Below, one piece after another: positions 45,468 to 55,056 of a DNA stretch of 64,000 nt. Source of the stretch: an uncultured Bacilli bacterium (GTDB lineage Bacteria; Bacillota_I; Bacilli_A; RF39; UBA660); contig CANRNO010000004.1 in assembly GCA_947632065.1 (NCBI GenBank), positions 42-64,041 of the forward strand, read 5' to 3'. Within the stretch, counting starts at the first letter, position 1. Each line of letters begins with the position of its first letter. The notes beneath the pieces are model-generated. The model ran no database searches. It had not been told where the DNA came from and worked only from the letters and a program-made list of their open reading frames with translations. The translations under genes and the position numbers were made by a program.

Positions 45468-45525
45468 ATTCAAAAAGAAAACAGAAAATATTTTTTTGTT
45501 TATACAATTTATATTTTCTGTTTTT
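45468..45525 (-). terminator. Long-stem terminator after ftsZ
   Basis: 14-bp perfect inverted repeat aaaacagaaaatat (45478-45491) / atattttctgtttt (45511-45524) with a 19-nt loop and a U-run on the minus strand. Confidence 0.75.
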
Positions 45526-45573
45526 ATAATTTTCTAAATTAACTAATTTGATAGTTTTTAATTTTTTTATATT

Positions 45574-46686
45574 TTAATAGTTTCTATCTCTTAAAAATGG
45601 TGGTAAATCGTATTCTTCATCATCAGAGTCATCTATTTCACTATCTGTTGTAGCAACATAACTTATTTCATTTTCTGTTCTACTTCTACGAGGTGTTGTT
45701 TCTGTCATTTCAACTTGTTTTTTCTTTTCTTTATTTCTCTTTTCAAATCCTGTTGCGATTACTGTAACGATTACTTCATCTGAAAGATTTTCATTTATAA
45801 CTGAACCAAATATTGTATTAATATCTGTATTAGCAGCACCTCTTACTACCTCTGCAGCTTGTTCTGCTTCGAATAATGTTAAGTTAACTCCACCTGTAAT
45901 ATTAATTATAGCATCAGTAGCTCCTGAGATAGAAGTTTCTAGTAATGGAGATGATACTGCTTGTTTAGCAGCTTCGATTGCTCTATCTTCTCCCATACCA
46001 ATACCGATTCCTATAATAGCATTACCAGAGTTTTGCATTACAGCTTTAACATCTGCGAAATCTAGGTTAACAAGTCCAACAACTGCGATTAAGTCTGAGA
46101 TTGATTGAACACCACGACGTAATACGTTATCAACTTCTTTAAATGCTTCTAGCATAGGTGTTGATTTATCTATTATTTCTCTTAATCTATCATTTGGAAT
46201 AACAATTAATGTATCAACGTGTTTTTTTAATTCTTCAAGTCCAACTAAAGCATTGTCCATTCTTTTTTTACCTTCGAAAGTAAATGGTTTAGTAACTATA
46301 GCAACTGTAAGAGCACCTAATGCTTGAGCAATTTCTGCGATTATTGGGGCTGCTCCTGTTCCAGTTCCTCCACCCATACCACAAGTGATGAATACCATAT
46401 CAGCACCACTTAGAGCATCTTCTATTTCTTTTTTACTTTCAACTGCAGCTTCTTTTCCGATTTCAGGTTTTGCACCTGCTCCTAGTCCATCAGTTAGAGT
46501 TGAACCTATTTGAATTTTTATATCTGCTTTAGAATTATTTAAAACTTGTAAGTCAGTGTTAGCAACAATGAATTCTACTCCTTTTACCCCTGACTCTACC
46601 ATTCGGTTAACAGCGTTTCCTCCGCCTCCACCGACACCTATAACTTTAATTTTTGCTAATTGATCCATTTCTAATCCGCCTAACAT
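45574..46686 (-). CDS. ftsZ: Cell division GTPase FtsZ
   Basis: [30 protein letters not shown] and a C-terminal DLPPFLR peptide. AGGAGG lies 9 nt upstream. Confidence 0.97.
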   Translation of the reverse strand: MLGGLEMDQLAKIKVIGVGGGGGNAVNRMVESGVKGVEFIVANTDLQVLNNSKADIKIQIGSTLTDGLGAGAKPEIGKEAAVESKKEIEDALSGADMVFITCGMGGGTGTGAAPIIAEIAQALGALTVAIVTKPFTFEGKKRMDNALVGLEELKKHVDTLIVIPNDRLREIIDKSTPMLEAFKEVDNVLRRGVQSISDLIAVVGLVNLDFADVKAVMQNSGNAIIGIGIGMGEDRAIEAAKQAVSSPLLETSISGATDAIINITGGVNLTLFEAEQAAEVVRGAANTDINTIFGSVINENLSDEVIVTVIATGFEKRNKEKKKQVEMTETTPRRSRTENEISYVATTDSEIDDSDDEEYDLPPFLRDRNY

Positions 46687-46700
46687 GTTTATAATCCTCC

Positions 46701-47948
46701 TTAATTATCAAAAAAATGTCCAAATACTTTATTTAAAATGTTATCATGATTTACTTCTTTCTTTCCAGTTGAAAGTAAAACGTTAACATCATCTTCATTT
46801 ACTACATTATACTCTTTATCTCTTAGTTTTAATTTTTCATAAAAATACTTAATTAATCCATTAACACTTGAGTATTTGTTATGTCTTATACCTATTGTTT
46901 TTATATTACAAATAGATACATCATTTCCTAAAACTTCTTCAGCAAGATTTAAAAATCCTGACATCTCGCTTACTCCTCCTGTTATAATTATATAACGAAT
47001 ATCTCGATTTGTTAAGTTTTTTATCTTTTCTTTTGAAAGTTTTAATATTTCAGTAAGTCTTGCCTCTGCTACTTTAGCAATTTTTCTTTGAGAAAATCTT
47101 TTATTTTTTTTCTTTTTGTCTTCTGTGACTTCTACTTCAACTTCATCATTATCATCAGCAAGAGATTCTTTTGCAACTGCGAATTCTTCTTTTAATCTTA
47201 TTGAATCTTCCTTATTCATATGGAATATGTATTGTAAGTCTTTATCGATATGATGGCTTCCTATATTAAGATTAGTATGTTTAATCATAATACCTTTATT
47301 GAAAATAGAAATATCTGTTGAAGTTTGTCCTATGTTGATGATTGCTCCTACTTTTTTATCTAAGGCTTTAGTCTTTACTTCATAGTAATCTCCTATTGTT
47401 CCAAAAGCAATATCAGCAACTTCTAGTCCTGCAAGTTTTAAGACTTCTAGTATTCTATAAAGTGGTTCTTTAGCAACTGTTGAAACTACTACTTTAGTCT
47501 CTAGTGTTTCACCTTTCATTCCTTTTGGATCTTTTATATTTTCTTCTTCATCTACTGTGAAACTTATAGGAATTGCAGTTACTAATTCTTCTTCTGAATT
47601 AATCTTACCAATTAGGGCATCTTTTAAAACTCTACTTATGTCTTCTCCTGTTATACATTCAGTATTTAAAACATCTACGCTTCCCTCTAATATGGTCATT
47701 TTACAACCTTTAGTAGGAACACATGCTATTATCTTTTTTAGTGGAAAGCCTAGCATTTCTTTTATATCTACAAGAGCACTTTTAATAGATTGGACAGCAG
47801 GTTTTGTATCTGATATTTGACCCTTTACAATTCCTTTAGATGGTTTTGATACTGCGGCCAAAACATGAAAATCTTCATTTACTAGTTCACTAACTACTAT
47901 TTTTATTGTATCTGAACCAACATCAATACCTGCATATATTTTATTCAT
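46701..47948 (-). CDS. ftsA: Cell division protein FtsA
   Basis: Actin-like [16 protein letters not shown] and ITGGVSE. The ATG at 47948 is preferred (GGAG 9 nt upstream). A 14-nt gap separates it from ftsZ. Confidence 0.9.
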   Translation of the reverse strand: MNKIYAGIDVGSDTIKIVVSELVNEDFHVLAAVSKPSKGIVKGQISDTKPAVQSIKSALVDIKEMLGFPLKKIIACVPTKGCKMTILEGSVDVLNTECITGEDISRVLKDALIGKINSEEELVTAIPISFTVDEEENIKDPKGMKGETLETKVVVSTVAKEPLYRILEVLKLAGLEVADIAFGTIGDYYEVKTKALDKKVGAIINIGQTSTDISIFNKGIMIKHTNLNIGSHHIDKDLQYIFHMNKEDSIRLKEEFAVAKESLADDNDEVEVEVTEDKKKKNKRFSQRKIAKVAEARLTEILKLSKEKIKNLTNRDIRYIIITGGVSEMSGFLNLAEEVLGNDVSICNIKTIGIRHNKYSSVNGLIKYFYEKLKLRDKEYNVVNEDDVNVLLSTGKKEVNHDNILNKVFGHFFDN

Positions 47949-48108
47949 ACAATCAGCTCCTACTATCATTTATAATTATACTATACTTTTTTTTATTTGT
48001 ACAACTATTTTAGTCTGGTTTTTTTATAAAACTATTGATTTTAAAGGAAAAAGTAGTGATAAATTTTTTTTAAAAAATAAAAAAAGAGCTTAAAACTCTT
48101 ATAAATAT

Positions 48109-49194
48109 CTATCTATCATTTTTTCTTTTAAGTACTAATTTTTTTGTAAGTTCATCTTCTGTTGTTTGAATAACTTTTTTTAGTGATGCTTTTTTATTAA
48201 GTGTATTTATAATATTTGCTATTTTTTCTGATAAGTCTACTTCATGATACCAAGGCATCTTCTTTATTTCATTTGGTAAATAGGTTAAATTTGTTGAGTA
48301 TAATTCTTTAAATAATCCTTTTTCATAAGCATCTTGGAAGACATCTGGTCCTTCTGTTAGAAGAGAAAATGTTGTTGCGAAAATAATATCTCTAGCACCT
48401 CGTTTTTTTAATTCTTCTGCTACTTCTATCATAGAAGTTCCACTTGCGATCATATCATCTACTACAATAATATTTTTATCTTTTACATCTTCTCCTAGAT
48501 AAATATGTTCTGTTATTGGATTTTTACCATTTTTTACTTTTGTTCCTCTTCTTTTATAAAACATTCCTCCAAAATTTATTTGTAAAAGTGTTGAATAATA
48601 TTTAGCTCTATCTATTGCACCTTCATCAGGACTTACAACTAATACATCATTTATATTATTATTAGTTATTAATTCATTTAGTATTTCACTAGTTGCGAAA
48701 AGATTATCAAAGGCCATATTGTGTACAGCATTACTTACGCTTGGATCATGAACATCAAATGATACAATATGACTAACACCTAGACTTTTTAATTCTTGTA
48801 AAGACATTGAACAGTCTAGTGATTCTTGTAATCTTCTTTTATGTTGTCTAGATTGATATAAAAGTGGTGTTACTAAAGTTATTTTATCTGCTGTTCCACT
48901 AATCGCAGAAATTGCTCTTTTTATGTCTTGATAGTGTTCATCTGGTGACATATTATGTTCTTTTTTAAACATAGTATAACTGATATTATAATTTCCAACA
49001 TCACTTAATATGTATACATCTTTATTTCTTACTGTTCCTTTGATTTCTACTTTTCCTTCTCCATTGCTAAATCTTACAGCGTTTATTGGAACTATAAAAC
49101 TCTTATCTGTTTTATTTAGTTTTTGTAGATATTTATCTACTTTCTTACCTACTTCTTTAAAATTATCAAATACTATTATTTTTAAATTACTCAT
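48109..49194 (-). CDS. prs: Ribose-phosphate pyrophosphokinase family protein (long form, 361 aa)
   Basis: FSNGE...V.GK.V.I, RQ.RR, and the PRPP loop IVVDDMIASGTS. It carries insertions relative to the roughly 315-aa class I enzymes. AGGAG lies 5 nt upstream and the gene starts 14 nt after divIB. Confidence 0.75.
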   Translation of the reverse strand: MSNLKIIVFDNFKEVGKKVDKYLQKLNKTDKSFIVPINAVRFSNGEGKVEIKGTVRNKDVYILSDVGNYNISYTMFKKEHNMSPDEHYQDIKRAISAISGTADKITLVTPLLYQSRQHKRRLQESLDCSMSLQELKSLGVSHIVSFDVHDPSVSNAVHNMAFDNLFATSEILNELITNNNINDVLVVSPDEGAIDRAKYYSTLLQINFGGMFYKRRGTKVKNGKNPITEHIYLGEDVKDKNIIVVDDMIASGTSMIEVAEELKKRGARDIIFATTFSLLTEGPDVFQDAYEKGLFKELYSTNLTYLPNEIKKMPWYHEVDLSEKIANIINTLNKKASLKKVIQTTEDELTKKLVLKRKNDR

Positions 49195-49208
49195 ACTTAC
49201 TCCTTTTT

Positions 49209-49898
49209 TTACTCCATAATTTTAAAATGATTACCACTGTCTAAATAAAGAATTCCTTTTCTTCCTTCTAATTGTGTTAGAACATCATCGTAATAATTTA
49301 TCATTTCAAATTTAGTTAATGTTAGATAAACACTATTACCATCATCCATAGAAAGTAAGAAACGATCTTTATCATAATCATTTGGTACATATTCAATTTC
49401 ACTAATTTTGCCAAGAATATCATCATCTAATCTATTCATTCTATTTATAAATTTTTTATATTTTTTAGTTCCTATTATTTTATTTAGAAGTCTTGGTACT
49501 CTAAAACTAAACGAAGAATCTTCATCAGTTGTACTTCCATCATCAAAGACAATTTTTTTATTTAAATCGTTAAAGAATAACGGTCGTTTTTCTTCTATTT
49601 CTATATCTAGGACATGATAGAATTTCTTTTTTACTGTTGCTTTTTTTACATATGGGCTTTTTTCTAGTTTTCTTTTTATACCAAAAGATGTTTTTTTATA
49701 AAAACCTGGGTAATCAATTACTTCTGCGATATTAAGTAAATAATCATCTTTTAAATAACTAGTTCCTTTAATTGTGATGTTTTTTATTTTAGTATTAAAG
49801 TACATATCACTTGCAACAAAAAGAGTTACTACGATTAGTAGTAATATTATTAAAGGAATAATTCTTACTTTTTTCTTTTTGATTACCTTTTTACTCAT
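49209..49898 (-). CDS. divIB: Cell division protein DivIB/FtsQ (TM helix plus POTRA)
   Basis: Basic N-terminus, one TM helix and an IKNITIKGTSYL POTRA start. Position between murB and ftsA. Confidence 0.75.
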   Translation of the reverse strand: MSKKVIKKKKVRIIPLIILLLIVVTLFVASDMYFNTKIKNITIKGTSYLKDDYLLNIAEVIDYPGFYKKTSFGIKRKLEKSPYVKKATVKKKFYHVLDIEIEEKRPLFFNDLNKKIVFDDGSTTDEDSSFSFRVPRLLNKIIGTKKYKKFINRMNRLDDDILGKISEIEYVPNDYDKDRFLLSMDDGNSVYLTLTKFEMINYYDDVLTQLEGRKGILYLDSGNHFKIME

Positions 49899-49902
49899 TT
49901 TA

Positions 49903-50808
49903 TTACTCCCAATTTACAAATTCTTGTTCTATTTTTAGTTCTATATTATATTTATCTTTTACACGTTTTTGAACATATTCAATTAAATCTTTTATATCTT
50001 TAGCAGTAGCATTTTTTCTATTTATAATAAAATTAGCATGTTTTTTACTTACTTCTGCTCCTCCTATTGTTTTACCTTTAAGGTTTAAATCTTCTATTAG
50101 TTTTCCAGCAAAATATCCTTCTGGGTTTCTAAAGACACTTCCGGCACTTGGAAATTCAAGTGGTTGGGATTCTATTCTTCTTTTACGTCTATCTTTAATT
50201 ACACTTTCTAGAGCATCTCTTCGTCCTCTATATAAACTTATTGTTGCTTCTAAGCAAATGTAATCTCTATGAGTTTGTAAGAAGGATTTACGATAATGGA
50301 AATTCATTTCTTTATTAGTAAGTTCTTTAATTTCTAGAGATGGAGTTAGAACTTTTACTTTAGTTACAATATATCCCATATCGCTTCTATAAGCACCAGC
50401 ATTCATAAATACAGCTCCACCTACAGTTGCAGGTATTCCTGCGGCAAATTCTAATCCTGCTAGGGAATATTTAGCAGCAAGTAATGATAATTTTACTAGT
50501 GAATATCCTGCTTCTACTACTATAGTTGTTCCATATATTTTTATGTTATCTAGGGCATCTAATTTAATTAATACTCCATCAAACTTTTTATCACTAAATA
50601 ATAAATTTGATCCATTACCTATTACTTTATATTTAATATTATATTTTTTTATTAATCTAATTAAATCCACTAATTTATCTATACTTTTAGGATGTATTAG
50701 AGCTGTTGCCTCTCCTCCTACTCTATATGTAGTATATTTTTTAATTTTAGCATTCTTTACAATTTTACCAATTTTATTTTGTTCTACTTCATTTAAAAAT
50801 TCTTTCAT
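49903..50808 (-). CDS. murB: UDP-N-acetylenolpyruvoylglucosamine reductase
   Basis: YTTYRVGGEA, GNGSNLL, GSVFRNP and GGAEVS..HANFI. Confidence 0.95.
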   Translation of the reverse strand: MKEFLNEVEQNKIGKIVKNAKIKKYTTYRVGGEATALIHPKSIDKLVDLIRLIKKYNIKYKVIGNGSNLLFSDKKFDGVLIKLDALDNIKIYGTTIVVEAGYSLVKLSLLAAKYSLAGLEFAAGIPATVGGAVFMNAGAYRSDMGYIVTKVKVLTPSLEIKELTNKEMNFHYRKSFLQTHRDYICLEATISLYRGRRDALESVIKDRRKRRIESQPLEFPSAGSVFRNPEGYFAGKLIEDLNLKGKTIGGAEVSKKHANFIINRKNATAKDIKDLIEYVQKRVKDKYNIELKIEQEFVNWE

Positions 50809-50810
50809 AA

Positions 50811-51893
50811 TTATTTATTTCCTATCAATTTTTTTATTTCTTTATAGAATCTAGTTGCGGAGTCAGTAATTCCTAAACTTTTAGAATTCAAGTGCATTTC
50901 TTTATATATTTTTTCATTATTTAAAATACGATCTACTTCTGGAATTAAAGAGTCACTACTAAAATCTTTTTCTTCTATTATAGAGCAAGCACCAGCAGTT
51001 TCTAATTCTTTGGCATTCATTAATTGATGGTTATGGGTTACATAAGGTGAAGGTACTAGAATAGATGGTAGCCCAATAGCAGTAATTTCTGCGATTGTGG
51101 ATGCTCCTGCTCTAGATATTATTAAATCAGCAGATTTCATTACATTTATTAAATTATCTAAATAAGGTACTATTTTTACATTCTTTGGTATATCTACATC
51201 TTTATAATCATTATAGTAATCCTTACCTGTTATTATTAATACTTGATATTTTTTATCGTTAAAAGAATAAATTATATCTTTTAGTTTATGTGTCATAGTA
51301 GTTGATCCAAGTGAACCCATAACTACAATTACTAATTTTTCATTTTCTTTAAAACCTAAACTTTTAAGGGTTGCTGGTTTTACTTTAACAATTTCCTCAC
51401 TTCTAGGATTACCTGTATAAACAACATTATTGGTTGGGAATTTAGAAACTGAACCTGGAAGAGAAACACATACTTTATCTACTAATGTAGAAAGTTTTTT
51501 GTTTGAAACTCCGGGAATAGAGTTTTGTTCATGTATTATAGTTTTTATTTTAGCTTTATGTGCCGCAAGTAAGACGGGTACTGTTACATAGCCTCCTACT
51601 CCTATTACAACATCAGGTGTAAATCTTAACATTGCTTTATGAGCCTCTTTTATAGCTTTTCTATATTTTATATAAACATTTACATTATTTAATAGATGTT
51701 TTCTATCTATTCCTTCCATTTCTAAACCTATATATGGAATTTTTAAATTTGGAATTAATGTTGCTTCCATTCTATCGGTTGTTCCAATATATACTATTTC
51801 ACTTTCTGGTTCCATTTCTCTTATTTTGTTTATGATTGCTAAGGCTGGATAAATATGTCCTCCAGTACCTCCCGCTGTTATAATTACTTTCAT
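50811..51893 (-). CDS. murG: Undecaprenyldiphospho-muramoylpentapeptide beta-N-acetylglucosaminyltransferase
   Basis: TAGGTGGHIYPALA, EQN..PG..NK, and SRAGASTIAE. Confidence 0.95.
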   Translation of the reverse strand: MKVIITAGGTGGHIYPALAIINKIREMEPESEIVYIGTTDRMEATLIPNLKIPYIGLEMEGIDRKHLLNNVNVYIKYRKAIKEAHKAMLRFTPDVVIGVGGYVTVPVLLAAHKAKIKTIIHEQNSIPGVSNKKLSTLVDKVCVSLPGSVSKFPTNNVVYTGNPRSEEIVKVKPATLKSLGFKENEKLVIVVMGSLGSTTMTHKLKDIIYSFNDKKYQVLIITGKDYYNDYKDVDIPKNVKIVPYLDNLINVMKSADLIISRAGASTIAEITAIGLPSILVPSPYVTHNHQLMNAKELETAGACSIIEEKDFSSDSLIPEVDRILNNEKIYKEMHLNSKSLGITDSATRFYKEIKKLIGNK

Positions 51894-51959
51894 CTTGTCA
51901 CATCCTTACTTTATTATAATTTATGTTATTTAAAAAGAAAAAAGAAGATAAGTAGATAC

Positions 51960-52571
51960 TTATTCCCCTGTTTGATAGTTAGTTCTTCCTTTTACTATAG
52001 CTTCTAGTTTTACTTTGCCATGGAAATGTGTATCACTTATTGCTTTATCTGCGCTTATATCTATCCATAGTTTTAAACTATACTTGATGTTTTCTCCACT
52101 TCCTATTGTTCCTTCATCAAGTACACCATTATTATCTCCACCTTCGACTTCTTCATTATCTAAAAACTTAATTTTTGGTTCTTCTTCGTTTTTTGTTAAT
52201 GATGTTTTTAAAAATTTATGAGGTAATCTTTTTTCTGTACATCCATCTGTTTCATATTCTTCTTCATCATCTACTAGACTTATACGATATTGAGCATCTC
52301 CAGAACCTGTATTTCTTAAAGTAAAATCATAACTTTCGGCTTGAGATTGACCTTGATCTTCAGGTAAAGGTATAGCTGGATCAATACTAATTCCATTTGC
52401 AGTTTTATCATCTAATTCTAATATTAAAGTTCCTGTTGTTAGTTCATTTTCTTTTTGTCCTTCTCTTTGATATTGAAGAGATGCATAAGTTACTCCAATT
52501 AAAACTATTAAGATTGCTAAAGTTACTACTACAATTGCTTTTTTAGACTTTAATGTTTCTTCATTTTTCAT
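51960..52571 (-). CDS. Secreted or anchored beta-rich protein, TasA/camelysin-like N-terminal signal region (paralog 1)
   Basis: N-terminus ...LIGVTYASLQYQREGQKENELTTGTLILEL resembles SipW-type signals (GGT.A.F.d......f..GtldL). This is followed by YDFTLRNTGSGDAQYRISL and a C-terminal HFHGKVKLEA. Confidence 0.45.
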   Translation of the reverse strand: MKNEETLKSKKAIVVVTLAILIVLIGVTYASLQYQREGQKENELTTGTLILELDDKTANGISIDPAIPLPEDQGQSQAESYDFTLRNTGSGDAQYRISLVDDEEEYETDGCTEKRLPHKFLKTSLTKNEEEPKIKFLDNEEVEGGDNNGVLDEGTIGSGENIKYSLKLWIDISADKAISDTHFHGKVKLEAIVKGRTNYQTGE

Positions 52572-52633
52572 ATTAAGAACACTCCTATCCTTCTATATAA
52601 ATTATACTTTGTTTCTTTTAAAATGTAAATATA

Positions 52634-53218
52634 TTATTTTGTAATTGTAGCACTCGCAATGTCTGTTCCATTTTCTACTACTTGTAAAATTCCGTGAAAA
52701 TGTAGATTATTATCTGTTGCAAGTGTTCCTTTTTGTACCCATATTCTAACTGTATATTCTTCACTACCATATCCTTTAATAGTTCCTGTTGTTAGAGTAT
52801 TATCTGTGATAGTGTTAAATGATAAGATTTGATTTTCTTGTTTGTCTTTGTGAATGCCTACTTTTAATACTTGCATAGGTATTCTGTTCATTGCACAATC
52901 ATCTTTTTCTATCGCATCTATATCTTCTGTTAGTTTAACACTGTACTTTACTGGTGCCTCTAAATTATTTTTTATGGTAAATGTATAAGCACGAGAAGAT
53001 AGTCCAACGCTATCAGTTACGGGAACTACTTCTTTTAAAGTTACTTTATCTCCTTCACTTTCATGAAAAGTTATACTAAGGGACTCACTAGATCTAATTT
53101 GATCTCTTTGATCTTTAAAATTGTTATATATATAATACGTTGGAATAATTGCAAATAACAAAATAATTCCTATTTTTAATAGTTGTTTTAAATAATACAT
53201 TTTTAAACTTGCATTCAT
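52634..53218 (-). CDS. N-terminally anchored beta-rich protein, paralog 2 of 51960-52571
   Basis: Shares Y.FT[LI][RK]N, Y.[IV].L..D, D.C...R[LI]P..[FV]LK, GTI.G.G..[IY]..Y.[LV][KR][IL]W[IV] and HFHG with paralog 1. Confidence 0.55.
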   Translation of the reverse strand: MNASLKMYYLKQLLKIGIILLFAIIPTYYIYNNFKDQRDQIRSSESLSITFHESEGDKVTLKEVVPVTDSVGLSSRAYTFTIKNNLEAPVKYSVKLTEDIDAIEKDDCAMNRIPMQVLKVGIHKDKQENQILSFNTITDNTLTTGTIKGYGSEEYTVRIWVQKGTLATDNNLHFHGILQVVENGTDIASATITK

Positions 53219-53341
53219 TTTGTTAGTCCACCTCTACTACTTATTATCATATCAATTAATAAGTTTTCAAGTCAACTAAAAGAGTTTTTATTTGTTTTTA
53301 TGTGTCAAATTATGTAAATAAAAAGAAGAATATTTCTTCCT

Positions 53342-54109
53342 TTAATTTGTACTCACGTACCATTCTTTAAGTGCAGTTGTACTTCTTTTAGCTAAGTCTT
53401 TAATCAAAGACCAAGTTATTTTAAAACTATTTTTCATATTTTTAAAATCATTTCTAGCTGTTGCGCAAAGTTGTTGATTGCTTGTACATATTTTATTTGT
53501 TATTTCTAGGTATCGAGTTATAACCATAGATTTTAAATCTTTATAATCCGCTTTAATTCTTTCTTTATAATTTGGAAAATATTTATCTATTTTTTGATCG
53601 ATTGATAATGTGATTTTTAGAATTTTAAGTTTAATTTCATTTCTTAATTCGGCAAAAGTTTTTCCTTTAATAGTACCATTTTCAAATAAGAAATCATGAA
53701 TAATAGCTACATCACTTTTTAATCTTTCTCTCTCAGCAGAATTATTCTCATTACCGCTTGATCTTCTTTCTACATCTTCAAAATAGGAAACTACATCATC
53801 TTCTGTTGCAGGATTTATTTGTGAAGCAATATTTTCGTTATTAGTTGGTATATTATTAGTTTCTTCTCTTGGATTAGTATTGTTTTCTACAATATTTATA
53901 TTTTCTAAATCACTTGTTTTCTTTGTTTTTTTCTTTTTAGATGAGGTTTTCTTTGATTTTTCTACTGTATTTTTATGTTCTTTTGTTGCTTTTTTATTAC
54001 TACTATAAAAAGTAGTAATTCCAAATACTAATAGACATAATGTAAAACCTGCGATAAACATTACAATTTCTTTTTTATTGTTTTTATAGAATTCTACTAT
54101 TTTTTCCAT
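53342..54109 (-). CDS. Hypothetical membrane-anchored protein with a Lys-rich linker and helical C-domain
   Basis: One TM helix, KKTSSKKKKTKKTS, then an approximately 130-aa helical domain. The ATG at 54109 is preferred (GGTGA 5 nt upstream). Confidence 0.55.
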   Translation of the reverse strand: MEKIVEFYKNNKKEIVMFIAGFTLCLLVFGITTFYSSNKKATKEHKNTVEKSKKTSSKKKKTKKTSDLENINIVENNTNPREETNNIPTNNENIASQINPATEDDVVSYFEDVERRSSGNENNSAERERLKSDVAIIHDFLFENGTIKGKTFAELRNEIKLKILKITLSIDQKIDKYFPNYKERIKADYKDLKSMVITRYLEITNKICTSNQQLCATARNDFKNMKNSFKITWSLIKDLAKRSTTALKEWYVSTN

Positions 54110-54146
54110 GCACTTCACCACTTAACTATATTTTATTCTTTTTTTG

Positions 54147-54177
54147 TAAAAAAGCAAGATAAATAATTCTATCTTGC
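54147..54177 (-). terminator. Rho-independent terminator after miaA
   Basis: gcaagata (54154-54161) / tatcttgc (54170-54177) with an 8-nt loop. The A-run at 54148-54153 gives a U-run on the minus strand. Confidence 0.7.
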
Positions 54178-55047
54178 CATTTTTATATATTCATATACTT
54201 CATTTATTGTTTTGTTGAAATTTTTAAAATCTACATCAAACCATTTAACTTCCATTTGATTATTAAAGAATGTGTATTGACGTTTAGCATATCTTCTTGA
54301 GTTTTTTTGAATTTCTAATATTACTTCATCTTGTGTTTTTTCATTTTTATAAAATGGTACAAATTCTTTATATCCTATTCCAGTTTTTAAAGATGGATAT
54401 TCTTCTAATTTATCTTTATATTTATCTACTTCTTCTTTTAATCCTAAATCAAACATTTCTAATACTCTTTTATTAATTCTTTGATAAAGTTCTTCTCTTT
54501 TAGCAGTTAAACCTATAAATATAGCATCATATAGTAATGGATCTTTTTTTTTGGTAAGAGTTTGTCCAGCTTCTAATATTTGTAATGCTCTAACTAGACG
54601 TTTTCTATTGTTTATATGAATATCTACATCGTTATCATACTTTTTTATTTTAGAAAGTATTTGTTCGTTAGTTAAATCGGAATAATCTTTTTTATTTCTT
54701 TCTTTTTGAAATTTATAATCAAAAAGAGCTGCTTTTATGTAAAGACCACTTCCTCCTACAAGGATAGGTATTTTGTTTTTATTTGTTATTTCTTCTATTT
54801 TGTCTCTTGCATCTTTTTGATAATCATATATTGTGTATTCTTCATTTGGTTCTTTTATATCAAATAAATGATGTGGTATACCTTCTTTTTCTTCATCTGT
54901 TGGTTTTGCTGTTCCAATATTTAAATGTTTATATACTTGCATAGAATCAGCATTTATAATTTCTCCATTTATCATTTTAGCAAGGGATGTTGATAGTTTA
55001 GTTTTACCAACACCTGTGGGTCCAAGTATTACTATAACTTTTTGCAT
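54169..55047 (-). CDS. miaA: tRNA dimethylallyltransferase
   Basis: ILGPTGVGKTKLS, INADSMQVYK.LNIGTAKP, PHHL.D. Confidence 0.95.
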   Translation of the reverse strand: MQKVIVILGPTGVGKTKLSTSLAKMINGEIINADSMQVYKHLNIGTAKPTDEEKEGIPHHLFDIKEPNEEYTIYDYQKDARDKIEEITNKNKIPILVGGSGLYIKAALFDYKFQKERNKKDYSDLTNEQILSKIKKYDNDVDIHINNRKRLVRALQILEAGQTLTKKKDPLLYDAIFIGLTAKREELYQRINKRVLEMFDLGLKEEVDKYKDKLEEYPSLKTGIGYKEFVPFYKNEKTQDEVILEIQKNSRRYAKRQYTFFNNQMEVKWFDVDFKNFNKTINEVYEYIKMAR

Positions 55048-55056
55048 ATTAACCTC

